From Mobula hypostoma (taxonomy: Eukaryota), in NCBI RefSeq assembly GCF_963921235.1, contig NC_086098.1, forward strand, positions 6,014,001 to 6,078,000: DNA of 64,000 nucleotides, in the 5' to 3' direction. The notes below the pieces were generated by a model, which saw only the letters and a list, made by a program, of their open reading frames with translations, was not told where the DNA came from and did not search any database. Each line of letters begins with the position of its first letter. The first letter of the stretch is position 1. Position numbers and translations under genes: made by a program. Of the stretch, positions 34,091 to 45,056 are shown piece by piece.

Positions 34091-34624
34091 CTTATCACCC
34101 TATTCCTGTTTGGCATCCAACTCCCTACCCCCATCCTTACTGCAACTGAACACTAACTACTTTTCACACTTTTCCAGATCAGAAGATGGGTCTTTGCATT
34201 AACACATTAATTATTTCTCTTTCCAGAGATGTTGGCTGGCTTGCAGACCACAAGTGTTGTCATGCTCTGGACCAAACGAGCCTACCCAAAGCTCACTAAC
34301 CCTAGCCCATGTGGGAGGAGACTTGAACGCCCCGAGTGACGGGAAGAAGGGACAAACTGCAGTGAGAATTGAACCCTAATCGCAGTCACTGCAAATTGTT
34401 GCACTAACTAGTACACCACCGTGTTGCTCTGATCCTGATGGCATTTATTGACTGCTTTTGAGTTGATGAAAGTGAAGCATCCTTTCAATCTCCGCAGGCT
34501 CTGTGGTGAAGTACTCTCAGTAACGTGGAGTATGCAGATCCGGGAATTTGAAAAACTACTCATGATAGAACAGCACTAATACCGAGTCAGGTCAGGATGG
34601 CATGTGTTTCAGAGACAAACGTCC

Positions 34625-35060
34625 AGAATCACTGACATACATCCTGAAATCTGTTTGTTGTCACAGCAGTATATTGCAATACTTAATAATTTAAATAAAA
34701 CTATAAATTAAAATAAGAAATATATACAAAAATAATTTAAATAAGTAGCTCAAAAAAAAAGTGAAAAACAAGCAGTGAGCAAGTGTTCATGGGTTCATTG
34801 TCCATTCAGAAATCTGATGGTGGAGGGGAAAAAGCCGTTCCTGAAATATCCAGTGTGTGTCTTCATGCTCCGGTACCACCTCCTTGATGGTAGCATTGAA
34901 AAGAGGTAACGTCCTGGGTGATGGGGGTGCTTAATGATGGATGTCACCGTTTTGAGAGATCACCTTTTTGAAGGTGTCCTCGATGCCGGGCTAGTGCTCA
35001 TGATGGGGCTGGCTGAGTTTACAGCTTTCTGCAGCTCCTGTCCAGCGGTCCCTCCATACC
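34625..35060 (-). mobile_element. Rex1/Babar-like 3' fragment
   Basis: Minus strand ..LQKAVNSASPIMSTSP..RFLR/KVTSIIKHPHHPG-like, similar to 53559..53801. Confidence 0.6.
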
Positions 35061-35062
35061 GG

Positions 35063-35545
35063 ACAACACACACAAAATGCTGGAGGAACTCAGCAGGTCA
35101 GGCAGCATCGATGGAAAAAAGTACAGTCAACGTTTGGGGCCAAAACCCTTCGACAGGACTGGAGAAAAAAGGAGCTGAGGAGTAGATTTAAAAGGTGGGG
35201 GTGTGGGGCAGAGACAGAGAAACACCATGTGGTAGGTGAAACCTGAAGGTGGAAGAATGAAGAGCTGGGAAATTGGTGAAAGAGCCAGAAGGCCATGGAA
35301 GAAAGAAGAAGGGGGAGGAGCACCAGGGAAGGAGATAAGGTGAGGGAGGAAAAAGGGGATAAGAAATGGTGAAGCGGGGTTGTGGGGGTCATTACCAGAA
35401 GTTAAGAGAAATTGATGTTTGTGCCATCAGGTTGGAGGCTACCCAAACTGAATAAAAGGTGTTGTTCCTTCAACCTAGGTGTGGCCTTATCACGACAGTG
35501 AAAAAGGCTATGGATGGACATATCGGAATGGGAATAGGAAGTGGA
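35063..35545 (-). mobile_element. Penelope-like element 3' part (GIY-YIG C-terminus + terminal repeat)
   Basis: Minus strand HSDMSIHSLFHC..RLKEQHLLFSLGSLQPDG-like; pyrimidine-rich UTR; decayed hammerhead CAGTC-CTGTCGA..CAAAC-GTT-GACTG. Confidence 0.78.
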
Positions 35546-36054
35546 TGAGGTCCAGGAAGCTTTGGTGACCCTATAGAGTGCTTCCTCAATGGAAATTGCC
35601 TATGCAAGTTGAGACCATACTCTTTTTATCATCAGCTTCAAACCAGGCAAAGAGCCAACTGGAGAGTTAACAGTACTTTTTTTTAATGCATTTATATTTT
35701 TCATGCAGCATATGTTATTTGCACTTCCGTTAAATGTCAAACAAAGCCACATTCAATTATAACAGCAGAAAAAGCCCTATAGTACAATTTTGTTGGGAGT
35801 ATAATAGATTTTCACGTTATTTCATACTTAATTGGATATGAACTGTTCTCTGCCAGGTTGTGCAATTTCCATAATTATCTTTGTCTATGAGCAACATCCA
35901 GTGGATGCCAATACATCTGGGGTTTCAAGAAGTAATTAAGACTCCATGTAAGAAGAAAGAAACAAGGTTACCTGAATTTTATTTCTTGAATGTATAAATA
36001 AAAAGACATACTGTTAGTGTACACAGGGAAAAAAATGATCATATGGTGAATGAT

Positions 36055-37485
36055 CATAAGACCAGAAGGCATAGGAGCAAATTTAGGCCAGGCCATTTGG
36101 CCCATTGAGTCTGCTGTACTAATTTTCAATCGTGGCTGATCCTTCTTTTTCCCTACTCAGCCATAACCCCACACACCCCCCCCCCACCCCCGGCCTTCTC
36201 CCTGTAACCTTTGATGCCGTGGCCAATCAAGAACCTATTAAGCTCCTTACTTAAATACATACAATGATCCGACCTCCATAGCTGAACGTGGTAATAAATT
36301 CCACAAATTCACTACCCTCTGGCTAAAGAAAATTCTCCACATCTCTGCTTTAAATGGATGCCCCTCTATCCTGAGGCTGTGCCCTCTTGTTCTAGACCCC
36401 CTCACCGTGGGAAAGGAAATATCTTTTCCATATCTACTCTGTCTATCACTATTCAAAAGGTTTCAATGAGATAACTGACATTCTTCTAAATTTCAGCAAG
36501 TACAGACCCAGAGTTATCAAATGATCTTCATATAACTCTTTCATTCCCGGAATCATCCTTCTGAAACCCCTCTGAACCCTGTCCAATGCCAGCACATCTT
36601 TTCTTCGATGAGGAGCCCAAAACTGTTCACAATACTCAAGGTGAGGCCTCACCAGTGCCTTATAACACCTCAGCATCACATCCCTGCTCTTGTATTCTAG
36701 ACCTCTTAAAATAAATGCTAACATTGCATTTGCCTTCATCACCAACGACTCTAACTGCAAGTTAATTTTTAGGGTGTTCTGCACAAGGACTCCCAAGTCC
36801 CAGTGCAGCTCAGATTTTTGGATTTTCTCCCCACATAGAAAATTGCCTGTACATCTACTACCAAAGTGCACAACCATGCATTTTCCAACATTGTATTTCA
36901 TTTGCCACTCTCTTGCCCATTCTCCTAATCTGTCTAAGTTCTGCTGCAGCCAACCTATTTCCTAAACACTACCTGCCCCTCCACCAATCTTCATATCATC
37001 TGTAAACTTAGCAACAAAGCCATATATTCCAACATCTAAATCATTGATATACAGCATACAAAGAAGCGGTCCCGACACCAAACAGCATTAGTCACTTGCA
37101 GCCAACCAGTAAAGTATCCTTTTACTCCCACTCACTGCCTCCTAACAATCAGCTAATGCTCTAACCGTACCAGTAACTTTCCTGTAATACCATGGGCTCT
37201 TAACTCGGTAAGCAGCAGCATGTGTGGCACCTTGTCAAAGGCCTTTTGGAAGTCCAATTATACAGAATCCACTGCATCCCCTTTATCTGTCCTACTTGTA
37301 ATCTCCTCAAAGAATTCAAACAGGATTGTCAATCAAGATTTTCCCTTAAGGAAACCATACTGACTTTGTCCTATTTTTTCCTGTATCACCAAGTACTCCA
37401 TAACCTCATCCTTAACAATTTGACTCCAACATCTCCCAACCACTGAGGTCAGGCTAACTGGTCTACAATTTCCTTTCTGCTGCCC
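36055..37485 (-). mobile_element. Degenerate CR1 LINE
   Basis: ORFs 36449..36901 and 36247..36456 with CR1 RT C-terminal motifs and 3' UTR. Confidence 0.88.
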
Positions 37486-37743
37486 TCAGTAAACTGAATT
37501 TCAGGGTTCTATTTGGTAATATAGACAGTGGATTTTGGGTAATTGGAACACATCAGGATCAGTACATTTACAATTAAACAGCTGCACAGTCAGTTGAAGT
37601 TTCATGGTAATAGTTATAAATTTATAAGAAAGACAAAGTGAGTAACAAATTATGTATTTAGATGAAATACAAAATGAATTAGAACACTATCAATACTATT
37701 GCAGTACTATAAAACTGTATTAGTTTGTTATAGCTATTGAAGT

Positions 37744-38050
37744 GGGCACGTGGCCAAGTGGTTAAGGCATTGGACTAGCTACCTGAAGGTCGTGAGTTCG
37801 AGCCCCAGCCGAGGGAACGTGTTGTGTCCTTGAGCAAGGCACTTAATCACACATTGCTCTGCAACAACACCGGTGCCAAGCTGTATGGGTCCTAATGCCC
37901 TTCCCTTGGACAACATTGGTGTCGTGGAGAGGGGAGACTTGCAGCATGGGCAACTGCTGGTCTTCCATACAACCTTGCCCAGGCCTGCGCCCTGGAGAGT
38001 GAAGGCTTTCCAGGCGCAGATCCATGGTCTCGCAAGACTAACAGATGCCT
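37744..38050 (+). mobile_element. tRNA-derived SINE
   Basis: A box TGGCCAAGTGG, B box GAGTTCGAGCC, CORE-like GTGTCCTTGAGCAAGGCACTTAA, LINE-like 3' body. Confidence 0.82.
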
Positions 38051-38052
38051 TC

Positions 38053-38905
38053 AAAGATTCAGGATTCAAAAAACTTTATTGTCATTCTAACCATACATCA
38101 GCTCTGCAGGGCAGAATGAGACAGTGTTCCTCAGGGGCAGTGCAATCATAACATAACAAACGCAACACTAAATAATAAACAAAACAATAAATAGTAAAAC
38201 ACAACAGCCACATGTCAGTTAAAATCAGTTATAAGTATCCAGTGCAAGTTAAAAGTGTCCAAAGCAGAGTCAGGTGGAGCAGCTATTTAGCAGTCTGACT
38301 GCCTGTGGGAGGAAGCTGTTTAGTAGCCTTGTGGTTTTAGTTTTGATGCTCCTGTAACGTTTGCCTGACGGCAGAAGAACAAACAGTTCATGGAGAGGGT
38401 GTGAGGGGTCTTTAATGATGTACCGTGTCTTCTGGAGGCATCAACTTTGAAAGAGGTCTTGGACAGAAGGTAGGGAGACCCCAATAACCTTCTCTGCTCC
38501 CCTAACCACCTTCTGCAAGTCTTTTTTGTCGACAGCACTGCAGCTGGAGAACCAGGTTGTGATGCAAAAGGTCAGCACATTCTCAACCACGCCTCTGTAG
38601 AATGTAGTTAAGATGTTAGTGGGGAGTGATGCTTGTTTAAGCTTCCTCAGAAAGTGCAATCTCTGCTGGGCCCGATTCACAATCCCAGTGGTGTTCCTGG
38701 ACCAGGTGAGATTGTCCGAGATCTGCACCCCAAGGCACTTGATGTTTTCCACTCTCTCCACTGTGGAGCCGCTGATGCTGAGGGGTGTGTGCTCAGGCTG
38801 AGACCATCTGAAATCGACAATCATCTCCTTAGTTTTGGTGACATTAAGCATCAAGTTGTCATCCCTGCACCAGCTCTCTAGGTGTTTGACCTCCTCCCTG
38901 TACAT
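38053..38905 (-). mobile_element. Rex1/Babar-like LINE 3' fragment
   Basis: ORF 38441..38905 WCRDDNLMLNVTKTKEMIVDFR..AQQRLHFLRKLK; tail TGACAATAAAG..TGAATC. Confidence 0.85.
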
Positions 38906-39784
38906 AGTTATTGGAAGCTATTGAAATAGAAATTAATCTGCATTGTATGCGTTTGACTGTAAATGATAAAAATCAGCGTACAGCTATAAGCTAATGCAGA
39001 TAATGGACTGCCTTCATACAATGCTGTTGGCGATTACATCCTCCAAATCTACAATTTCATTGTAATATTCAAGCTGAGTGTTGATACCTTCAAATTCTTC
39101 TTAGTTGCTATCTTGTAGAAGCTGTGAAATGGTTTCAGTTTCACTCCCAGCTGTTCCTGTCATCATCTTCCCCCAGCTCCACAACAATTATTTATCACGT
39201 CTACATTAAAATAAGTCATTAAAAATCAACACACTCAAGGATGTGCTGGGGGCAGTGCGCAAGTGTCACGACTCTTCTGGCGTCAAACATGCTCAGCGGA
39301 ACAACGAGAACAGCAGCAAATCAAGCCCCTTTCACACCTTCCCACCCACCCAACACCCATTGCTCTTGGTTGGGCTGTTCTCTGCCTGGAACCCCCCCTT
39401 TCACTTTACCACCATGGGTGATCCTAGCCGGAGCGAAGCTCTCCAGATCTCCAGAACTCACAAGGCTCTCCACCATGACAAGGTGATGGTCCTCAGAGAG
39501 CTTTATCTATAATTACCGATGGAAACAGCATTAATGGGAGAAATTTGATACATAAACGGAGGGGTGGGGAGTGGGAAAGGAGTTTGCTTTGTTGTTGCTT
39601 GCGTAGTTATCCCGAACATCGTGACTATGATATCTCGGCACCAGAATGTGTGGCAACACTTGTAAGCTGTCCCAGCACATCCTTGTGTTAGTAGTTGTTA
39701 ACACAAATGATATATTTCACTGTATGTTTGGACATACGTGTGATAAATAAAACTGAATCTGAAAAATAACCTTGGTTATGGAAA

Positions 39785-40175
39785 GCCGAGAAAAACTGCA
39801 GATGCTTGAAATCCAAGCAAGCAACACGCACAAAATGCTGGAGGAACTCAGCAGGCCAGGCAGCGCCTATGGAAGAGTAAACAGTCGACATTTTGGGCCG
39901 AGACTCTTCATCAGGACAGGAAAAAATGATAAGAAGTTAAAGCGAGAAGGTGGGGGGAGGGGAGGAAGAAGTATAAGGTGGTAGGTGATTGGTGAATGTG
40001 AGGGGAGAAGGGTGAAGTAAAGAGCTGAGAAGTTGATTGGTGAAAGAGATAAAGGGCTGGAGGAGGGGGAGTCAGATAGGAGAGGGTAGAAGACAATGGA
40101 AGAAAGGGAAGGGGGAGGAGCACCAGAGGGAGGTGATGGGCAGGTAAGGAGATAAGGTGAGAGAGAGAAATGGGA
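39785..40175 (-). mobile_element. Penelope-like terminal region with hammerhead-like core
   Basis: Minus strand CTGTC-CTGATGA-AGAGTCTCGGCCC-AAAAT-GTC-GACTG followed by GCTGCCTGGCCTGCTGAGTTCCTCCAGC. Confidence 0.78.
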
Positions 40176-41110
40176 ATAGCAAATACCAGAGGTCTGAGAA
40201 ATGGAGATTGCCTGAAACTTTTGCTCTGCTTAGATGGGAAAGCTATGGGAGATGGTGTTTTTTTCTCAGTTAATTTCAGATGCTGCTTCGTCACACTTCT
40301 AACTACAATGAGAGAATACAGATGCAAAGAATTAATGTTAAGATCCCCCACATCTGTTTTGGCTCCATAGAACCATAGAACATTACAGCACAGAAACAGG
40401 CCTTTTGGCCCTTCTTGGCTGTGCCGAACCATTTTTCTGCCTAGTCCCACTGACCTGCACCTGGACCATATCCCTCCATACGCCTCCCATCCATGTATCT
40501 GTCCAAGTTTTTCTTAAATGTTAAAAGTGAGCGTGCATTTACCACTTCATCTGGCAGCTCATTCCACACTCCCACCACTCTCTGTGTGAAGAAGCCCCCA
40601 CTAATGTTCCCTTTAATCTTTTCCCCCCTCACCCTTAATCCATGTTCTCTGGTTTTTTTCTCCCCTTGCCTCAGTGGAAAAAGCCTGCTTGCATTCACTC
40701 TATCTATACCCACCATAATTTTATATACCGCTATCAAATCTCCCCTCATTCTTCTACGCTCCAGGGAATAAAGTCCTAACCTATTCAACCTTTCTCTGTA
40801 ACTGAGTTTCTCAAGTCCCAGCAACATCCTTGTAAACCTTCTGTGCACTCTTTCAACCTTATTTATATCCTTCCTGTAACTAGGTGACCAAAACTGGACA
40901 CAATACTCCAAATTCGGCCTCACCAATGCCTTATACAACCTCACCATAACATTCTAACTCTTATACTCAGTACTTTGATTTATAAAGGCCAATGTACGAA
41001 AAGCTCTCTTTATGACCCTATCTACCTGTGACGCCACTTTTAGGGAATTTTGTATCTGTATTCCCAGATCCCACTGCTCTACTGCACTCCTCAGTGCCTT
41101 ACCATTTACC

Positions 41111-41688
41111 AATATTTACATATTGGGGTGTATTGGGTGTCAGGGAGGGGTAGCACCTCTGGTGGGGGAACATGTCGTGTTCTTTTCAAGACGGTTAGTC
41201 TACCTTTGGTCCCCACCTGGCACTCAGCTCTCACCTGTGGCTCCCCATAGCTGTTTGCATGCGACAGCGGCCACACCCCGGGCAACGGCTTCGACAAGCC
41301 GGCTAAACCAGGTGAGGGTAGCCGACGGGTCTCAAACCCTCGGTGAGATAGGGAGTTGTCTATCCCAGCATGTGAAGACAGACTCCAACAGATTGAGCGG
41401 ACGAGACCAATAGAAGATCCAACGGTCAAGAAGGCGGTCTCTGCAAGCGTCGTGGAACGTGTAGAGCAGGACAAGACACAGAAGACGTCCTGGTCATCCA
41501 CTGTGCCTAGTCCCAGCTCCAGCCGCCTGGACTCTGTCTTGCCACTGGATCCAGATGGGAATTGGGAAGAGAGAGTGAGGCTGATGCTGCGCAACTCTCC
41601 CTCACTTAAATCCAAATCACGCGCTAGTCTCGACACCATTATAATGGTGTCAAGGTCCTCATCGACATTGACAATGGACGAACATATC
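41111..41688 (+). mobile_element. Short non-autonomous retroelement with 5' HDV-like ribozyme and RTE-type tail
   Basis: Flanked by ACCATTTACC (41101-41110, 41689-41698); tail GGTCCTCATCGAC..GGACGAACA resembles the RTE tail GGTCATCTTCGAC..GGACGAACAACAAC at 61637-61670. Confidence 0.85.
41125..41318 (+). ncRNA. HDV-like self-cleaving ribozyme (predicted)
   Basis: P1 GGGGTGT/ACACCCC, P2 CTCTCACCTG/CAGGTGAGGG, P3 GGC/GCC, L3 TCC with GG (P1.1), GCAA, P4 CGGCTT-CGAC-AAGCCG, J4/2 GCTAA, all in canonical order. Confidence 0.82.
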
Positions 41689-43250
41689 ACCATTTACCTT
41701 GTATGTTCTACCTTGGTTTGTCCTTCCAAAGTGCAATATCTCACGCTTGTCTGTATTAAACTCCATCTGCCATTTTTCAGCCCATTTTTCCAGCTGGTCC
41801 AAATCCCCCTGCAAGCTTTGAAAACCTTCCTCACTGTCCACTACACCTCCAATCTTTGTATCATCAGCAAATTTGCTGATCCAATTTACCACATTACCAT
41901 CCAGATCACTGATATAGATGACAAATAACAATGGACGCAGCACTGATCCCTGTGGTACACCACTAGTCACAGGCCTCCACTCGGAGAAGCAATTCTCTAC
42001 TACCACTCTTTGGCTTCTTCCATTGAGCCAGTGTCTAATCCAATTTACCACCTCTCCATGTATACCTAGCGACTGAATTTTCCTAACTAACCTCCCATGC
42101 GGGATCTTGTCAAAGGCCTTACTGAAGTCCATGTGGACAACATCCACTACCTTCCCTTCATCCACTTTCCTGGTAACCTCCTCGAAAAACTCTAATAGAT
42201 TTGTTAAATATGACCTACCACACACAAAGCCATGTTGACTCTCCCTAATAAGTCCCTGTCTGTCAAAATACTTGTAGATCCTATTTCCTAGTATTCCTTC
42301 CAATAATTTACCTGCTACCGAAGTCAAACTTACCAGCCTATAATTTCCCAGATAACTTTTAGAGCCTTTTTTAAACAATGGAACAACATGAGCCACTCTC
42401 CAATCCTCCGGCACCTCACCTGTAGATATCGACGTTTTAAATATATCTGACAGGGCTCCTGCAATTTCAACACAAGTCTCCTTCAAGATCTGAGGGAATA
42501 CCCTGTCAGGTCCTGGGGATTTATCTACTCTGATTTGCCTCAAGATAGCAAGCACCTCCTCCTCTTCAATCTGTATAGGTTCCATAACCTCACTATTTGT
42601 TTGTATTATTTCCATTGACTCCATGCCAGTTTCCTCAGTAAATACAGATGCAAAAAAACCATTTAAGATCTCCCCCATTTCTTTTGGTTCCATACATAGC
42701 CGACCACTCTGATCTTCAAGAGGACCAATTTTATCCCTTACTATCATTTTGCTCTTAATATACCTGTAAAAGCTCTTTGGATTATGTTTCACCTTGACTG
42801 CCAGAGCAACCTCGTGTCTTCTTTTAGCCCTCCTGATTTCTTTCTTAAGTATTTTTTGCACTTTTTATACTCCTCAAGCATCTTATTTGCTCCCTGTTTC
42901 CTATACATGTCATACATCTCTCTCTTCTTCTTTATCAGCGTTGCAATATCCCTTGAGGACCAAGGTTCCTTATTCCTATTCACCTTATGTCTTTCTGTAT
43001 ATCTAAGGCAGAGGTTGATAGATTCTTGATTGGTCAGGCCATGAAGGGATACGGAGATTGGAGCTGAGAGGAAAACTGGATCAGCCATGATAAAATGGCA
43101 GAACAGACTTGATGGGCCAAATGGCCTAATTAGGCTGCTATATCTTATGGTCTTATAGATTCTCTATCATCTTGTCTGCTGGAGCAACTTTATGCCTTCT
43201 TTTAACCTTCCTCATTTTCTTCCTAAGTGTTCTCTTGCATTTGTTATACT

Positions 43251-43965
43251 TGTAGCCCCCTGGCAAGCCTCAGGGTCGCTCAACTCACTGTTGTTTAGGG
43301 GAAACAGCCCTCAGCCCCGCCAAACTGGGTAATTAAGTTTGTGTGGATGCTGTATGATGTACCCCACCCTGCCAAATAACAGACAATACACCATATGTGA
43401 TTAAATAAATTACAGTTTATAGATATTACTGGAACTATATAATTAATAGAGATAAAATATAAAGGGAAAATAAAAGGCACCACACTTATCAAAGTTCAAT
43501 CTCTTTGTGCACAACAGTTGGCACTCTAGTAACGATCCTCCCTTCACCATTTGATCCCCTCTGACTGTCTCCACCCGCCGCTTGGGACCAACCACAGTGG
43601 TCGACCAGACGCACCACACGAGTCTGTCTTTGTCTCCTCTCCTCGCCGAAGACCCTGGACCTCGGACTCCGGCTCGGGGTCCGACCCTGTTAATCGGCTC
43701 ACAGCACCTTGTCCATCCTCTCTCTCTCCATCGTACCTTCTGCTCATAAACCCGTGCATCACAATAACTTACAGACACACTAGAAAGAATAACATCTATC
43801 CCAATTGGTTCGTTTCTCTCTTATCAATAACCTAATACAAACAAGCTGCTAACGGGAGAACTTTTTCAGCAGTTAACATAACAAAGAAGCCATTTTAATT
43901 ATAACATAACAAAGAAGTCATTTTAATTAGCCTACACAGTAATATAAAAAAAGAAACCCCCTACC
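43251..43965. repeat. Probable solo LTR
   Basis: Starts TGTAG and ends CTACC (expected CTACA); 4-bp TACT/CACT flanks; CR1 host continues across it; no coding content. Confidence 0.65.
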
Positions 43966-45056
43966 CACTCTATAAGCACCTCATTTGTTCCTACCTGCCT
44001 ATACCTGCTAAGCACCTCCTTTTTCTCTTAACCAGGGCCTTAATATCACTTGAAAACCAAGATTCCCTACACTTGTAATCTTTACCTTTCATTCTGACAG
44101 ACACATACAAGCTTTGTACTCTCAAAATTTCACTTTTGAAGCCCTTTCACTTTCCAAGTACACGTTTGCCAGAAAACAGCCTGTCCCAATCCATGCTTGT
44201 CAGATCCTTTCTAATACCGTCAAAGTTGGCCTTTCTCCAAATTAGAATCAAGTGTTCCCCTGCACAAGCTGCTGTTATGTGCCCTTTCTCATACCTTAAT
44301 AGCAGATTAAGTATCGCACGCTTTCTCATTAGGACTTCCATGAACTGATGAAGGAAACTTCCCTGAACACATTTGACAAACTCTATCCTATCGAGTCATT
44401 TAACAGTGTGGGATTCCCAGTCAATGTGTGGAAAGTTAAAATCAACTACTATAACAACCTTATGTTTCCTGCAAATTTGTTCCTCTAAATTCCTAGGACT
44501 ATTGGGTAGTCTGTAATATAGCCCCACTAACTTGGTCATACCTTCCTTATTTCTCAGTTCCACCCATAACGCCGCTCCAGTCTATCCTGATGGAGCACCA
44601 CCGTGACATTTTCCCTGACTGGTAACACTACCTTCCTCCTCTAATCCCTCCCACTCTGTCACATCTAATGCAATGCAACCCCGGAATATTGAGCTGCTAG
44701 TCCTGCCCTCATGCATCCAAGTTCTTATTAATGGCTACAACATTATAATTCCAGGTGTTGATCCATGCCTTGGGCTCATCTGCCTTTCTTACAGTATTTC
44801 TTGCATTGAAGTATATGCAGCTCAGGACACTAGTCGCACTAAGCTCAACCTTTTGATTCGTGACTTTGTCTGAGGTCTTACCAACATCTGTTTCCACAGC
44901 CTCTCCACTAACTGCTCTGGCACTCTAGTTCCCAGCCCCCACAACACTAGTTTAAACCCCACTGTGCAGCACTAACAAACCTTTCCATTAGGATATTAGT
45001 CCCCCTCCAATTCAGGTGCAAACCATCTCTTCTATACAGGTCCCATGCTCCCTGGA

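Larger units (their letters stand above)
37525..39230. mobile_element. Possible Tigger/pogo-like DNA transposon remnant split by a SINE and a LINE
   Basis: Begins CAGTGGATTTTGGGTAATTGG; ATAG(C/T)TATTG recurs on both sides of the 37744-38903 inserts; 37640-37740 has a reverse-complement homologue at ~51520-51640. Confidence 0.4.
40366..42980 (-). mobile_element. CR1 LINE (RT to 3' UTR) interrupted at 41111-41688
   Basis: ORFs 41659..42861 (FADDTK) and 40441..40947; (TTCTATGG)n tail. Confidence 0.92.

Noticed and set aside
37744..37815. tRNA gene
   Set aside because: A and B boxes are present, but there is no convincing acceptor stem and it runs into a SINE body
41106..41928. 190-195 aa ORFs across the ribozyme element
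   Set aside because: They cross element/host junctions and show no domain motifs; probably chance ORFs in GC-rich structured sequence
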